Assembly (NCBI GenBank): GCA_045123995.1
Contig: JBGVKY010000026.1
Coordinates: forward strand, 7,428-71,427
Origin: Clostridia bacterium
GTDB taxonomy: Bacteria > Bacillota > Clostridia > CAKSNL01 > HGM11501
DNA: 64,000 nucleotides
Direction of reading: 5' to 3'
How positions within the stretch are numbered: position 1 is the first letter of the stretch; every line of letters begins with the position of its first letter. Position numbers and translations under genes: made by a program. Below the pieces are notes generated by a model that was given only the letters and a program-made list of their open reading frames with translations, did not search any database and had not been told where the DNA came from. Shown here one piece after another: positions 29,755 to 38,379 of the stretch.

Positions 29755-29827
29755 AAAGAAATCACAAAGCTTTTAAAGAAATCACAGAGTTTTTAATGTT
29801 TACTTTTATATTTTTGTGTGGTATAAT
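29755..29827 (+). promoter_or_regulatory. glnA promoter with an upstream 20-bp tandem repeat
   Basis: AAAGAAATCACAAAGCTTTT / AAAGAAATCACAGAGTTTTT, then TTTACT-N17-TATAAT with extended TG. Confidence 0.65.
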
Positions 29828-29846
29828 ATTCCCGAGGTGATAAAAT

Positions 29847-31271
29847 ATGTCAAAGACAGTTAAGGATATAATAAACTTGATAAAAGAAAAAGACATAAAA
29901 ATGGTAGACTTTAAAATGGTGGATATAAACGGACAGTTTCGCCATGTAACAATTCCTGCAGGTAATTTTTCTGAAGAAACTATGAAAAACGGAATTGGTT
30001 TTGATGCTTCAAACTACGGCTATGCCATGGTAGAAAAAAGTGATATGGTCTTTATTCCTGACCCTGAAACTGCAATAATTGACCCTTTCTGCGAAATTCC
30101 GACTCTTTCCATGACGGGTAATGCCATGATAATTGACAATCCTGAAAACCGTCCTTTGGCACACTATCCCAGAAATATAGTTCTTGCGGCAGAAAAATAT
30201 ATGAAGGATTTGGGCATTGCCGACACCATGATGATTTTGCCTGAATTTGAGTTCTATCTTTTTGACAATGTCACATGGGAAGTATCTCCCCAGAAAATCG
30301 GTGTTTCATTAGATGCCAGACAGGCCCATTGGAACAGCGATTATGAGGGAAGAGGCGTAATTGTGGACAAGCAGAAAAACTACCACGTTGCAAAGCCCTT
30401 TGACGTTTCCTATGAAGCAAGAAGCGAAATGTGTATGCTCATCGAAGAAGCAGGAATCAAGCTTAATTACCATCATCCTGAGGTGGGCGCTGCAGGTCAG
30501 TTTGAAATCGAGCCCGCTCTTGGGAAAATGTCCGAAATGGCAGATGCTACCATGATGATAAAATATATCATTCATAATACGGCCTTAAAGTATGGTCTTT
30601 CCGCAACATTTATGCCTAAGCCTGTGGCAGGTGAGGCAGGAAACGGAATGCACGTTCACATGCTTTTATTAAAAGATGGTAAGCCTGTATTTTCAGATGA
30701 TAACGGCTATTCCAATTTAAGCCGTGAAGCTCATTATTTCATGGGAGGACTATTAAAGCATATTGCATCACTCTGTGCAATTACAAACCCCTCCACCAAT
30801 TCCTTTAAGAGATTGGTACCGGGCTTTGAAGCTCCTGTTACTGTGGGCTATGCCACATCCAACAGAAGTGCTGTTATAAGAATTCCTGCCTATGCAAAGA
30901 GTCCCGAATTAAGACGTTTTGAGCTTAGAAATCCCGATGCTACCTGCAATCCCTATTTCTGCTATGCTGCAATTTTGATGGCAGGTCTTGACGGTATAAA
31001 GAATAAAATCGACCCTGAAAAAGAAGGTTGGGGTCCATATGACTTTAATCTTTATAAATTGAGTGATGAAGAAAAGGCGAAGCTTTCTCATCTTCCTACA
31101 TCCCTTCACGAAGCTCTTGATGCTCTGGAAAAGGATTATGCCTATCTTCTAGAGGGTGGAGTATTCCCGGAAGAAATGATAAAATCATTCATTGCTAAAA
31201 AAAGGGAAGAGTGCAGAGAGATGGCTGCAATTCCTCATCCCGCAGAATTTTCCAAATACTATAATCTTTAA
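29847..31271 (+). CDS. glnA: Glutamine synthetase type I
   Basis: GFDAS, PEFEFYLF, ATFMPKP, GNGMHVH, KRLVPGFEAP, NRSAVIRIP. Confidence 0.95.
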   Translation: MSKTVKDIINLIKEKDIKMVDFKMVDINGQFRHVTIPAGNFSEETMKNGIGFDASNYGYAMVEKSDMVFIPDPETAIIDPFCEIPTLSMTGNAMIIDNPENRPLAHYPRNIVLAAEKYMKDLGIADTMMILPEFEFYLFDNVTWEVSPQKIGVSLDARQAHWNSDYEGRGVIVDKQKNYHVAKPFDVSYEARSEMCMLIEEAGIKLNYHHPEVGAAGQFEIEPALGKMSEMADATMMIKYIIHNTALKYGLSATFMPKPVAGEAGNGMHVHMLLLKDGKPVFSDDNGYSNLSREAHYFMGGLLKHIASLCAITNPSTNSFKRLVPGFEAPVTVGYATSNRSAVIRIPAYAKSPELRRFELRNPDATCNPYFCYAAILMAGLDGIKNKIDPEKEGWGPYDFNLYKLSDEEKAKLSHLPTSLHEALDALEKDYAYLLEGGVFPEEMIKSFIAKKREECREMAAIPHPAEFSKYYNL

Positions 31272-31387
31272 TACAAAAACAAAAGCTGTCGAAAGATAGC
31301 TTTTGTTTTTATTTGCAAAGCGTAATTTACAAAAAAAGCTTGACAAACGGTAAAAAAAAGAGTAAAGTATATAAAGATATGATAAAA

Positions 31388-31404
31388 AGCAACCAAAAGT
31401 TGCT
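31388..31404. promoter_or_regulatory. Palindromic candidate operator
   Basis: AGCAAC-CAAAA-GTTGCT between TTGACA-N17-TAAAGT (31340-31368) and TTAATT-N17-TATAAT (31411-31439). Confidence 0.55.
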
Positions 31405-31482
31405 GTGAAATTAATTTTAGTTGGTCGAAAAAGTATAATAAATCAGATATCATATAATATAATTAAAAAAGGGTGATTTTTT

Positions 31483-33096
31483 ATGACAATCGGCGAAAAA
31501 ATAGCATATCTCAGAAGTAATTTGGATATTTCTCAGGAACAGCTTGCTGAAAAGATCAATGTATCACGCCAGTCTGTTTCGAAGTGGGAAATGGATCAGG
31601 CTCTTCCACAGATTGATAAGGTTCTTCAGCTTTGCGAACTTTTCAAAGTTACGGCAGATGAGCTTTTGCAGGATTCTGTGGAAATTAAGAAGCAGAGCCG
31701 CAAAAAGAATAAGTATTTCGGAACCGACGGATTCAGAGGGGAAGCTAACGTAAACTTAACTTCTGACCAGGCTTATAAAGTGGGAAGGTTTTTAGGCTGG
31801 TATTTTTCTTCCAAACTTTCAGGATGTGAGAAAACAGGCTACAGACCCCGTATAGTTATAGGTAAGGATACCCGTCGTTCAAGCTATATGCTGGAATATT
31901 CCATTGTTGCAGGCATCACCGCTTCGGGTGCTGATGCTTATATGCTTCATGTTACAACAACACCCAGCGTTTCTTATGTAACACGACAGGATGAATTCGA
32001 CTGTGGTATAATGATTACAGCATCTCATAATCCTTTCTACGATAACGGAATAAAGATTATAAACCGTTACGGAGAAAAGCTTGATGATGACACAACTGCT
32101 TTGATTGAAGCTTACATAGATGGTGATATGTCAGCTCTTGGTGTGGAGATGCCTGATTTACCTCTTGCTAAGAGAGAGCATATCGGTTGTATTGTTGACT
32201 ATGTGTCAGGAAGAAACCGTTATGTAGGATATCTTATCTCCCTGGCATCTAATTCTTATAAGAATTTAAGAATAGGTCTTGATTGTGCAAATGGTGCTTC
32301 ATGGATGATTGCGAAGGCTGTATTCGGAGCACTGGGTGCACAGATGGTTGTTGTTGGCGACGAGCCTGACGGTCTTAACGTAAATAATGGTTGCGGATCT
32401 ACACATATTGAAAACCTTTGTAAGGTAGTTAAGGAACAACATCTTGATTTAGGTTTTGCCTTTGACGGGGATTGTGACAGATGTATAGCTGTTGACGGTA
32501 ATGGAAAGGAAGTTGACGGCGATGCTATGCTTTATATCTTGGGCAAGAGGTTAAAGGGTAGAGGAATGCTCAACCAGAACACTGTGGTTGCAACGGTAAT
32601 GTCGAACTCAGGCTTTGTAAAGAGCCTTGAAGAAGCGGGTATGAACTGTGCACAGACAAAGGTCGGAGACCGTTTTGTATATGAATGTATGCAGGAAAAT
32701 GATTTCGGTCTTGGCGGTGAGCAGTCAGGTCATATTATTTTGAAGAAATATGCAACAACAGGCGATGGTCTTTTAACCGCAATCATGATTCTTGAAGAAA
32801 TCTGCGATTCCAAGATGACTCTTGCTGAGTTGGCAGCACCTGTTAAGCTTTATCCCCAGTATACCAGAAATATACGCGTAAAGGATAAGGCTGCGGTTAT
32901 GAGTGACGAGGCTGTATTAAACGAAGTAAAGGAAGTTGAAAAGCTTATAAATAAAAAGGGTAGAGCTCTTTTGCGAGAAAGCGGAACAGAGCCTGTTATC
33001 AGAGTTATGATTGAAAGCGAAACAAGCGAAAAATGCGTGGAATACGCAGACAGAATAGCAAGTGTTATTCTTAAAGGAGGCCACGGCGTTGAGTGA
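31483..33096 (+). CDS. glmM: Phosphoglucosamine mutase with an N-terminal XRE/Cro-C1 helix-turn-helix fusion
   Basis: aa 1-65 SQEQLAEKINVSRQSVSKWE; then KYFGTDGFRG, ITASHNP, DGDCDR, GGEQSGH, RESGTEP. Confidence 0.92.
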   Translation: MTIGEKIAYLRSNLDISQEQLAEKINVSRQSVSKWEMDQALPQIDKVLQLCELFKVTADELLQDSVEIKKQSRKKNKYFGTDGFRGEANVNLTSDQAYKVGRFLGWYFSSKLSGCEKTGYRPRIVIGKDTRRSSYMLEYSIVAGITASGADAYMLHVTTTPSVSYVTRQDEFDCGIMITASHNPFYDNGIKIINRYGEKLDDDTTALIEAYIDGDMSALGVEMPDLPLAKREHIGCIVDYVSGRNRYVGYLISLASNSYKNLRIGLDCANGASWMIAKAVFGALGAQMVVVGDEPDGLNVNNGCGSTHIENLCKVVKEQHLDLGFAFDGDCDRCIAVDGNGKEVDGDAMLYILGKRLKGRGMLNQNTVVATVMSNSGFVKSLEEAGMNCAQTKVGDRFVYECMQENDFGLGGEQSGHIILKKYATTGDGLLTAIMILEEICDSKMTLAELAAPVKLYPQYTRNIRVKDKAAVMSDEAVLNEVKEVEKLINKKGRALLRESGTEPVIRVMIESETSEKCVEYADRIASVILKGGHGVE

Positions 33097-33751
33097 TAAG
33101 TTAAAGACAAAAGAATTGTTCGAGTGTAAAAATCCTTATCTTAAAGACCTTTTTGAAACCTCGGAATATCCCTGGGATATTCTTCCCAGAATTAAGGAAT
33201 ACATAAATAATTTAATAAAAAAGGGAATTCCCGGCTATACATTGCTTAAAGAGGGTGTGCTTGTTGGCGAAAATGTTAAAATTTACGATACAGCAACAAT
33301 CGAAGCGCCTGCAGTAATCGGTTCGGGTACAGAAGTAAGACCCGGCGCATTTTTAAGAGGAAATGTAATAATCGGCGAAAACTGTGTTATCGGAAATTCC
33401 AGCGAATTCAAAAATTGTGTTCTCCTGGATAAGGTTCAGGCTCCTCACTATAATTATGTTGGAGATTCGGTTTTGGGAAATCATGCACATATGGGTGCTG
33501 GTGCAGTTTGCTCTAATTTGAAGTCCGACCAGAAGGCAGTTGTAATTCACGGCGAGAAGGACTATGACACAAATCTCCGTAAAGTTGGCGGAATTTTGGC
33601 AGATAATGCAGATATCGGATGCGGATGTGTGTTAAATCCCGGTACAGTTGTGGGTAAAAATACATCAGTTTATCCCTTGACTCCTTTAAGAGGAGTATAT
33701 CCTGAAAATTCAATAGTAAAGAGTCAGAAAGTTTTTGTAGAAAGAAAGTGA
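33089..33751 (+). CDS. GlmU-related hexapeptide-repeat acetyltransferase lacking the uridyltransferase domain
   Basis: EVRPGAFLRG, IGNSSEFKN, PHYNYVGDS, GAGAVCSN; TTG start 33089 after AAGGAGG. Confidence 0.8.
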   Translation: MSDKLKTKELFECKNPYLKDLFETSEYPWDILPRIKEYINNLIKKGIPGYTLLKEGVLVGENVKIYDTATIEAPAVIGSGTEVRPGAFLRGNVIIGENCVIGNSSEFKNCVLLDKVQAPHYNYVGDSVLGNHAHMGAGAVCSNLKSDQKAVVIHGEKDYDTNLRKVGGILADNADIGCGCVLNPGTVVGKNTSVYPLTPLRGVYPENSIVKSQKVFVERK

Positions 33752-33759
33752 GGATAATT

Positions 33760-34470
33760 ATGAATTACATAGTAACAGAAAGTTATGAAGAGTTAAGCCG
33801 TAAAGCGGCAAATATCATTGGCGCAGTGGTTATAAACAAGCCAGATGCAGTTTTGGGTCTTGCTACAGGCTCATCACCTCTCGGAACATATGGCAATCTT
33901 GCTAAAATGTATAAAGATGGTGATTTGGATTTTTCTAAGGTAACTTCCGTAAACCTTGATGAATACGAAGGTCTTGATGTTACTAATGACCAGAGCTACC
34001 GTTATTTCATGAATGAAAATCTTTTCTCCAAGATAAATATTGATATAAAGAAGACTTTTGTTCCCAACGGATGCGCAAAGGATTTAGCTAAAGAAGGCGA
34101 AGAGTATGATGCCCTTATAAAGTCCTTGGGAGGAATAGACATTCAGCTTTTAGGAATAGGTCTTGATGGTCATATCGGCTTTAATGAACCTGATGATGTA
34201 TTTGTAGGACCTACTCATGCAGTAGATTTAGATCCCTCTACGATAGAAGCAAACGCAAGATTTTTTGCATCCATCGATGATGTTCCCAAGAGAGCAATTA
34301 CAATGGGCATGATGTCTATTATGCAGGCTAAGAAGATTCTCTTAATTGCCAATGGTGCAAAGAAGAAGGAAATATGTGAAAAGGCATTCTTCGGACCCAT
34401 CACACCGAAAGTACCTGCATCAATTCTTCAGCTTCATCCTGATGTAACAGTAATTTTCAGTGAGAACTAA
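33760..34470 (+). CDS. nagB: Glucosamine-6-phosphate deaminase
   Basis: LGLATGSSP, NLDEY, GIGLDGHIGFNEP, PASILQLH. Confidence 0.95.
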   Translation: MNYIVTESYEELSRKAANIIGAVVINKPDAVLGLATGSSPLGTYGNLAKMYKDGDLDFSKVTSVNLDEYEGLDVTNDQSYRYFMNENLFSKINIDIKKTFVPNGCAKDLAKEGEEYDALIKSLGGIDIQLLGIGLDGHIGFNEPDDVFVGPTHAVDLDPSTIEANARFFASIDDVPKRAITMGMMSIMQAKKILLIANGAKKKEICEKAFFGPITPKVPASILQLHPDVTVIFSEN

Positions 34471-34471
34471 T

Positions 34472-34505
34472 AAAAAAGAGTATTGCGAAAGCAATACTCT
34501 TTTTT
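34472..34505. terminator. Bidirectional terminator
   Basis: AAAAAAGAGTATTGC-GAAA-GCAATACTCTTTTTT. Confidence 0.88.
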
Positions 34506-34506
34506 A

Positions 34507-35343
34507 TTAGTATTTTTTAGAAAGTAAGGAACGTTCGGTTTCCTTGATGGAGTGCAACGCCTTTTCGGAATGACTGAGTATAATATAATGGTAGATAACG
34601 TCAATAATCGCAAGCTGAACAATTCTGGAGTTTAAGGCTAAGATACTGTACTCTGTTTCATCTGCCGAAGTAAATAAAGGAATGTCAGTATATTTAAGGA
34701 GAGGAGATTTTCCTTTATTGGTTATAGCTATTGTGGTTGCCCCGTGTTCCTTTGCGAGTTTTACAGCATCAACAATATCTTTTGAAGATCCGGAATGTGA
34801 AATAGCAATAACCACGTCGTTATCAGACAGGTGGGAAGAGGCAATAACTTGCATATGGTTGTCAGAGTAAGCCACGGCGTTAAGTCCGGCTCTTAAAAAC
34901 TTATGACTGGCATCCATAGCAAGAGATGCAGAGTTGCCGAGACCGAATATCACGATTTTACTGGCTTCTGTTATTTTTTTACAAGCTTTTTCAAGATAAT
35001 CTGGGTGTAATGATTTTTTTGTCTTTTCCAACGAAAGATATATATCATTGCATATTTTTTCATATATTTCGGAAGGCTTATCATCAGAGGATATATTTGA
35101 ATTTATAGGAGAGGTTCCGCCTTCTGCTGCAAGAGAAATTTTAAGTTCCTGATATCCGCTTAATCCAAGACGTTTGGAAAATCTTACTATTGTGGCTTCG
35201 GAGCATTTGCATTGTTCGGCAAGCTCTACTATTGATAAAGAAATGATTTTGCCGGGATTTTCAAAAATCCAGTCGGCTATTTGTTTTTCTGCTTTGCCCA
35301 TTTCGGTGTAATGCATTTTAATGTTGAGAGATATTTTATCCAT
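34507..35343 (-). CDS. RpiR/MurR-family regulator (HTH plus SIS)
   Basis: SIVELA..SEATIVRFSKRLG..GYQELK, GLGNS, ISHSG. Confidence 0.93.
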   Translation of the reverse strand: MDKISLNIKMHYTEMGKAEKQIADWIFENPGKIISLSIVELAEQCKCSEATIVRFSKRLGLSGYQELKISLAAEGGTSPINSNISSDDKPSEIYEKICNDIYLSLEKTKKSLHPDYLEKACKKITEASKIVIFGLGNSASLAMDASHKFLRAGLNAVAYSDNHMQVIASSHLSDNDVVIAISHSGSSKDIVDAVKLAKEHGATTIAITNKGKSPLLKYTDIPLFTSADETEYSILALNSRIVQLAIIDVIYHYIILSHSEKALHSIKETERSLLSKKY

Positions 35344-35357
35344 ATTGTACCTCTAAA

Positions 35358-35497
35358 GAAAATATTTTCATCACATATTGTAACATATGACCGATTTTTT
35401 GTCAATTTGAAAAAATATTCAAAAAAGGGTTGAAAAAAGTTTCATAATATGATATAATCTACTTGTAAAAAACGGCGAAAAATAAAAATAATTTTCA
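35358..35497. promoter_or_regulatory. Divergent promoter region with 3-4 TGAAAA..TTTCA-like palindromes (candidate RpiR sites)
   Basis: GAAAATATTTTC 35358-35369; TGAAAAAATATTCA 35408-35421; TGAAAAAAGTTTCA 35431-35444 over the -35 of TTGAAA-N17-TATAAT. Confidence 0.6.
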
Positions 35498-35517
35498 AAA
35501 ATGGAGGAAGAGGATAT

Positions 35518-36921
35518 ATGCTTAATTACAAAGTAAAAATCGGTCTCGTTCCGGATGTCCGTAATCTGGGAGATTTTGCTACAAGAAAGGGCATTTTTGA
35601 ACCTGCCAAGGGTGCAGAAAACAAGGATAAGGCCATAAAGTTCATTAAAGACAATTTCTGTGATGAAATAACGGAATTTACTGACCTTGAGTGGCTTAAT
35701 GAATTGGGAGTTCTCTACAAAAACGAAGATTGCGATAAGGTTTGCGAATACTTAAGAAAAGAAAAGGTTGACGCAATATTTATCTTGAACTGCAACTTCG
35801 GTAATGAAGAGGTTTTGGGACAGGTTGCAAAGAAGATGAATCTTCCTGTGCTTTTATGGGGTCCTCAGGATATGGTTTTCGAAGCTGACGGTCAAAGATA
35901 TACCGATGCACAGTGCGGTCTTTTTGCTATCAGCAAGCAATTAAGACGTTACAAGATTCCTTTTTCTTACATAGAAAACTGTCCCGTTGAAAGTGAAATT
36001 TTCTCTCAGGGCTTAAAGAAATTTCTTTCTGTTGTAACAATGGTTAAAAATTTCAAAAACCTTACTGTAACTCAGGTGGGTACAAGACTCACTCCCTTTA
36101 AGAGTGTAATGTACAACGAACTTGAACTTACAGAAAAATTCGGAATTAACCTTAACAATGTTAATATGGCTGTGGTAGTAGATAAGTTCAACAAGGTTTT
36201 AGCTGACGAAAGCATTTCTCTTGACAAAGACTTGGCGGACTTAAAGGCGAAATATGACGTGGCAGGATTGGATGACGAAGTTTTAAGAAAGATGCTTGCA
36301 TTTGTATATGTGTACAAGAAGATTTTAGAGGAAACAAATGCTGATGTTCTGGCGTCCGAGTGCTGGTCAGCAATGCCTCTTGCGGTGGGTGCAAATCCCT
36401 GTCTTGCCATGAGCATTCTTGCTGATATGGGCTATATCGTAACTTGTGAAGCCGACATTCACGGTGCAATCACCAATGCGCTTTTACTCTGTGCGGTAAG
36501 AGGTAAGGGTGCTCCGCTTTTCGGAGAATTTACAGTAAGACATCCTGAAAATAAAAATGCAGAGTTGTTATGGCACTGTGGACCGTTCCCTTATTCAATG
36601 CATGCAGAGGATTCTAAGCCCAAGCTCTTTAATACAAAACCCAGTTTCAGAGCGAAGGATGGAGAATATACTATTGCCCGATTCCAGGGAGATGCAGGAA
36701 ACTATACTCTCTTAGTGGGCGAATTCAAAACTACAGATGGTCCTTTAACATTCGGAACCTATATGTGGGCGGAATTTAAGAACTGGTCAGAAGTAGAAAA
36801 GAAAATGATTTTTGGACCATATATTCATCATATGAGTGAATTGTACGGAAAACATGCAGAGGTTCTGGAGGAATTCTGCAAGTTCATTCCCGGCCTTGAG
36901 TTTGATCCATTAGAGAAATAA
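35518..36921 (+). CDS. L-fucose/L-arabinose isomerase-family protein
   Basis: NFGNEE, DAQCG, ECW..PC, CEADIHGA, LWHCGPFP, YIHH. Confidence 0.8.
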   Translation: MLNYKVKIGLVPDVRNLGDFATRKGIFEPAKGAENKDKAIKFIKDNFCDEITEFTDLEWLNELGVLYKNEDCDKVCEYLRKEKVDAIFILNCNFGNEEVLGQVAKKMNLPVLLWGPQDMVFEADGQRYTDAQCGLFAISKQLRRYKIPFSYIENCPVESEIFSQGLKKFLSVVTMVKNFKNLTVTQVGTRLTPFKSVMYNELELTEKFGINLNNVNMAVVVDKFNKVLADESISLDKDLADLKAKYDVAGLDDEVLRKMLAFVYVYKKILEETNADVLASECWSAMPLAVGANPCLAMSILADMGYIVTCEADIHGAITNALLLCAVRGKGAPLFGEFTVRHPENKNAELLWHCGPFPYSMHAEDSKPKLFNTKPSFRAKDGEYTIARFQGDAGNYTLLVGEFKTTDGPLTFGTYMWAEFKNWSEVEKKMIFGPYIHHMSELYGKHAEVLEEFCKFIPGLEFDPLEK

Positions 36922-36940
36922 TTAAAAGGAGAAGAAAAAA

Positions 36941-38365
36941 ATGACTGATTTTTTATTTGATGTGATTGCAACTGAACTTGAAGATGCAGTCGGAAGAGAA
37001 AACTGTTCAACAAGAACAATTGATAAGCTAACTCATAGTGTTGACTATTTTTGGCTTTCAAGAATGTGGGCAGACAGAGGTTTAAGAATGCCTGAGGGTG
37101 ATTTTATTGTTGCACCAAAGGATGCAAAGGAAGTTTCTGCAGTATTGAAGATTGCAAACTACTACAAAATCCCTGTAACAACCTGGGGTGCAGGTGGTGG
37201 AACACAAGGTGGTGCTATTCCTGTTTGCGGTGGTATCGTTCTTGATACTAAGAGAATGAATAAAATTTATGATGTAAATGAACAGGGAATGTACATAGAA
37301 TGTGGAACCGGTGCTATATATAAGCATATTGAATGGGCAGCAAACGAAAGAGGTTATGCTACAATGCATTATCCTTCTTCACTTACCTGTTCAACGGTAG
37401 GTGGATTTTTAGCACATCGCGGTATCGGTGTATCATCTACCAAGTATGGAAAGATTGACGATATGGTACTTCAGATGGAAGTTGTTTTGCCCAACGGTGA
37501 TATTATTGAAACTTCACCTGCACCTAAGCATGCGGCAGGTCCTGACTTAAACCAGATATTTATAGGATCAGAGGGAACTTTGGGTGTAATGACAAAAGCT
37601 CAGATGCGAATTTACGAGCAGCCTGAATCTCGTCAGTTCAGAGGATTTTTGTTCCATAATATGACTGATGCATTCAATGCAGGAAGAGAGCTTTTGCAGA
37701 AGTTCAAGCCTTCTGTAATGCGTCTTTACGACGAGGCTGAAACCGCATCACTTATAAAGAAAATTGTAGGTGTTGAAAAGCCGGGTGCATTTATGAACAT
37801 CGCCATTGAGGGTGTTAAAGAAATGGCAGACCTTGAAATGAAAATTCTTCTTGAAACTTTCGGCAAATACGGTGCAGAAGATTTAGGCTCTGAATACGGC
37901 GAAAAGTGGTGGAAAGAAAAAATTACATTCTTCTATCCCGGTCACATGATGGATATTCCGCAGTGCTTCGGTACAATGGATACTATTGCTCCTTATGATA
38001 AGATTGAAAAAATCTACTGGGCAATGAAAGAGTCTATAGAAACAAACTTCCCACAGGCGAAATTCATAGCACACTTTTCACATTGGTATGAGTGGGGTTG
38101 TATGATTTATGACCGCTTTATCGTTGATGGAGATAAAGTTCCTCAGGATCCTCATGAAGCATTTAGACTTCATCAGGCAATTTGGAATTGCGGTGTAAGA
38201 ACAGCACTCGCTAACGGCGGCGTTGTAAACGACCATCACGGTGTAGGAATTAAGCTTGGCAGACTTATGAAGGAACAGTATGGTCCTGCAATGCAGGTTT
38301 TTGAAGGAATAAAGAAACAGCTTGATCCTAACGGAATTATGAATCCGTTTAAGCTTGGTTTATAA
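36941..38365 (+). CDS. FAD-binding oxidoreductase (GlcD / alkyl-DHAP-synthase family)
   Basis: WGAGGGTQGG, HYPSS..STVGGFLA, GPDL..GSEGTLGV, DHHGVG, LDPNGIMNP. Confidence 0.88.
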   Translation: MTDFLFDVIATELEDAVGRENCSTRTIDKLTHSVDYFWLSRMWADRGLRMPEGDFIVAPKDAKEVSAVLKIANYYKIPVTTWGAGGGTQGGAIPVCGGIVLDTKRMNKIYDVNEQGMYIECGTGAIYKHIEWAANERGYATMHYPSSLTCSTVGGFLAHRGIGVSSTKYGKIDDMVLQMEVVLPNGDIIETSPAPKHAAGPDLNQIFIGSEGTLGVMTKAQMRIYEQPESRQFRGFLFHNMTDAFNAGRELLQKFKPSVMRLYDEAETASLIKKIVGVEKPGAFMNIAIEGVKEMADLEMKILLETFGKYGAEDLGSEYGEKWWKEKITFFYPGHMMDIPQCFGTMDTIAPYDKIEKIYWAMKESIETNFPQAKFIAHFSHWYEWGCMIYDRFIVDGDKVPQDPHEAFRLHQAIWNCGVRTALANGGVVNDHHGVGIKLGRLMKEQYGPAMQVFEGIKKQLDPNGIMNPFKLGL

Positions 38366-38379
38366 GGAGGGGACTTACT

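Noticed and set aside
31272-31482. Possible glmS ribozyme or riboswitch upstream of the amino-sugar operon
   Set aside because: The region is AT-rich, holds only a terminator, promoters and a short dyad, and lacks the conserved ribozyme core
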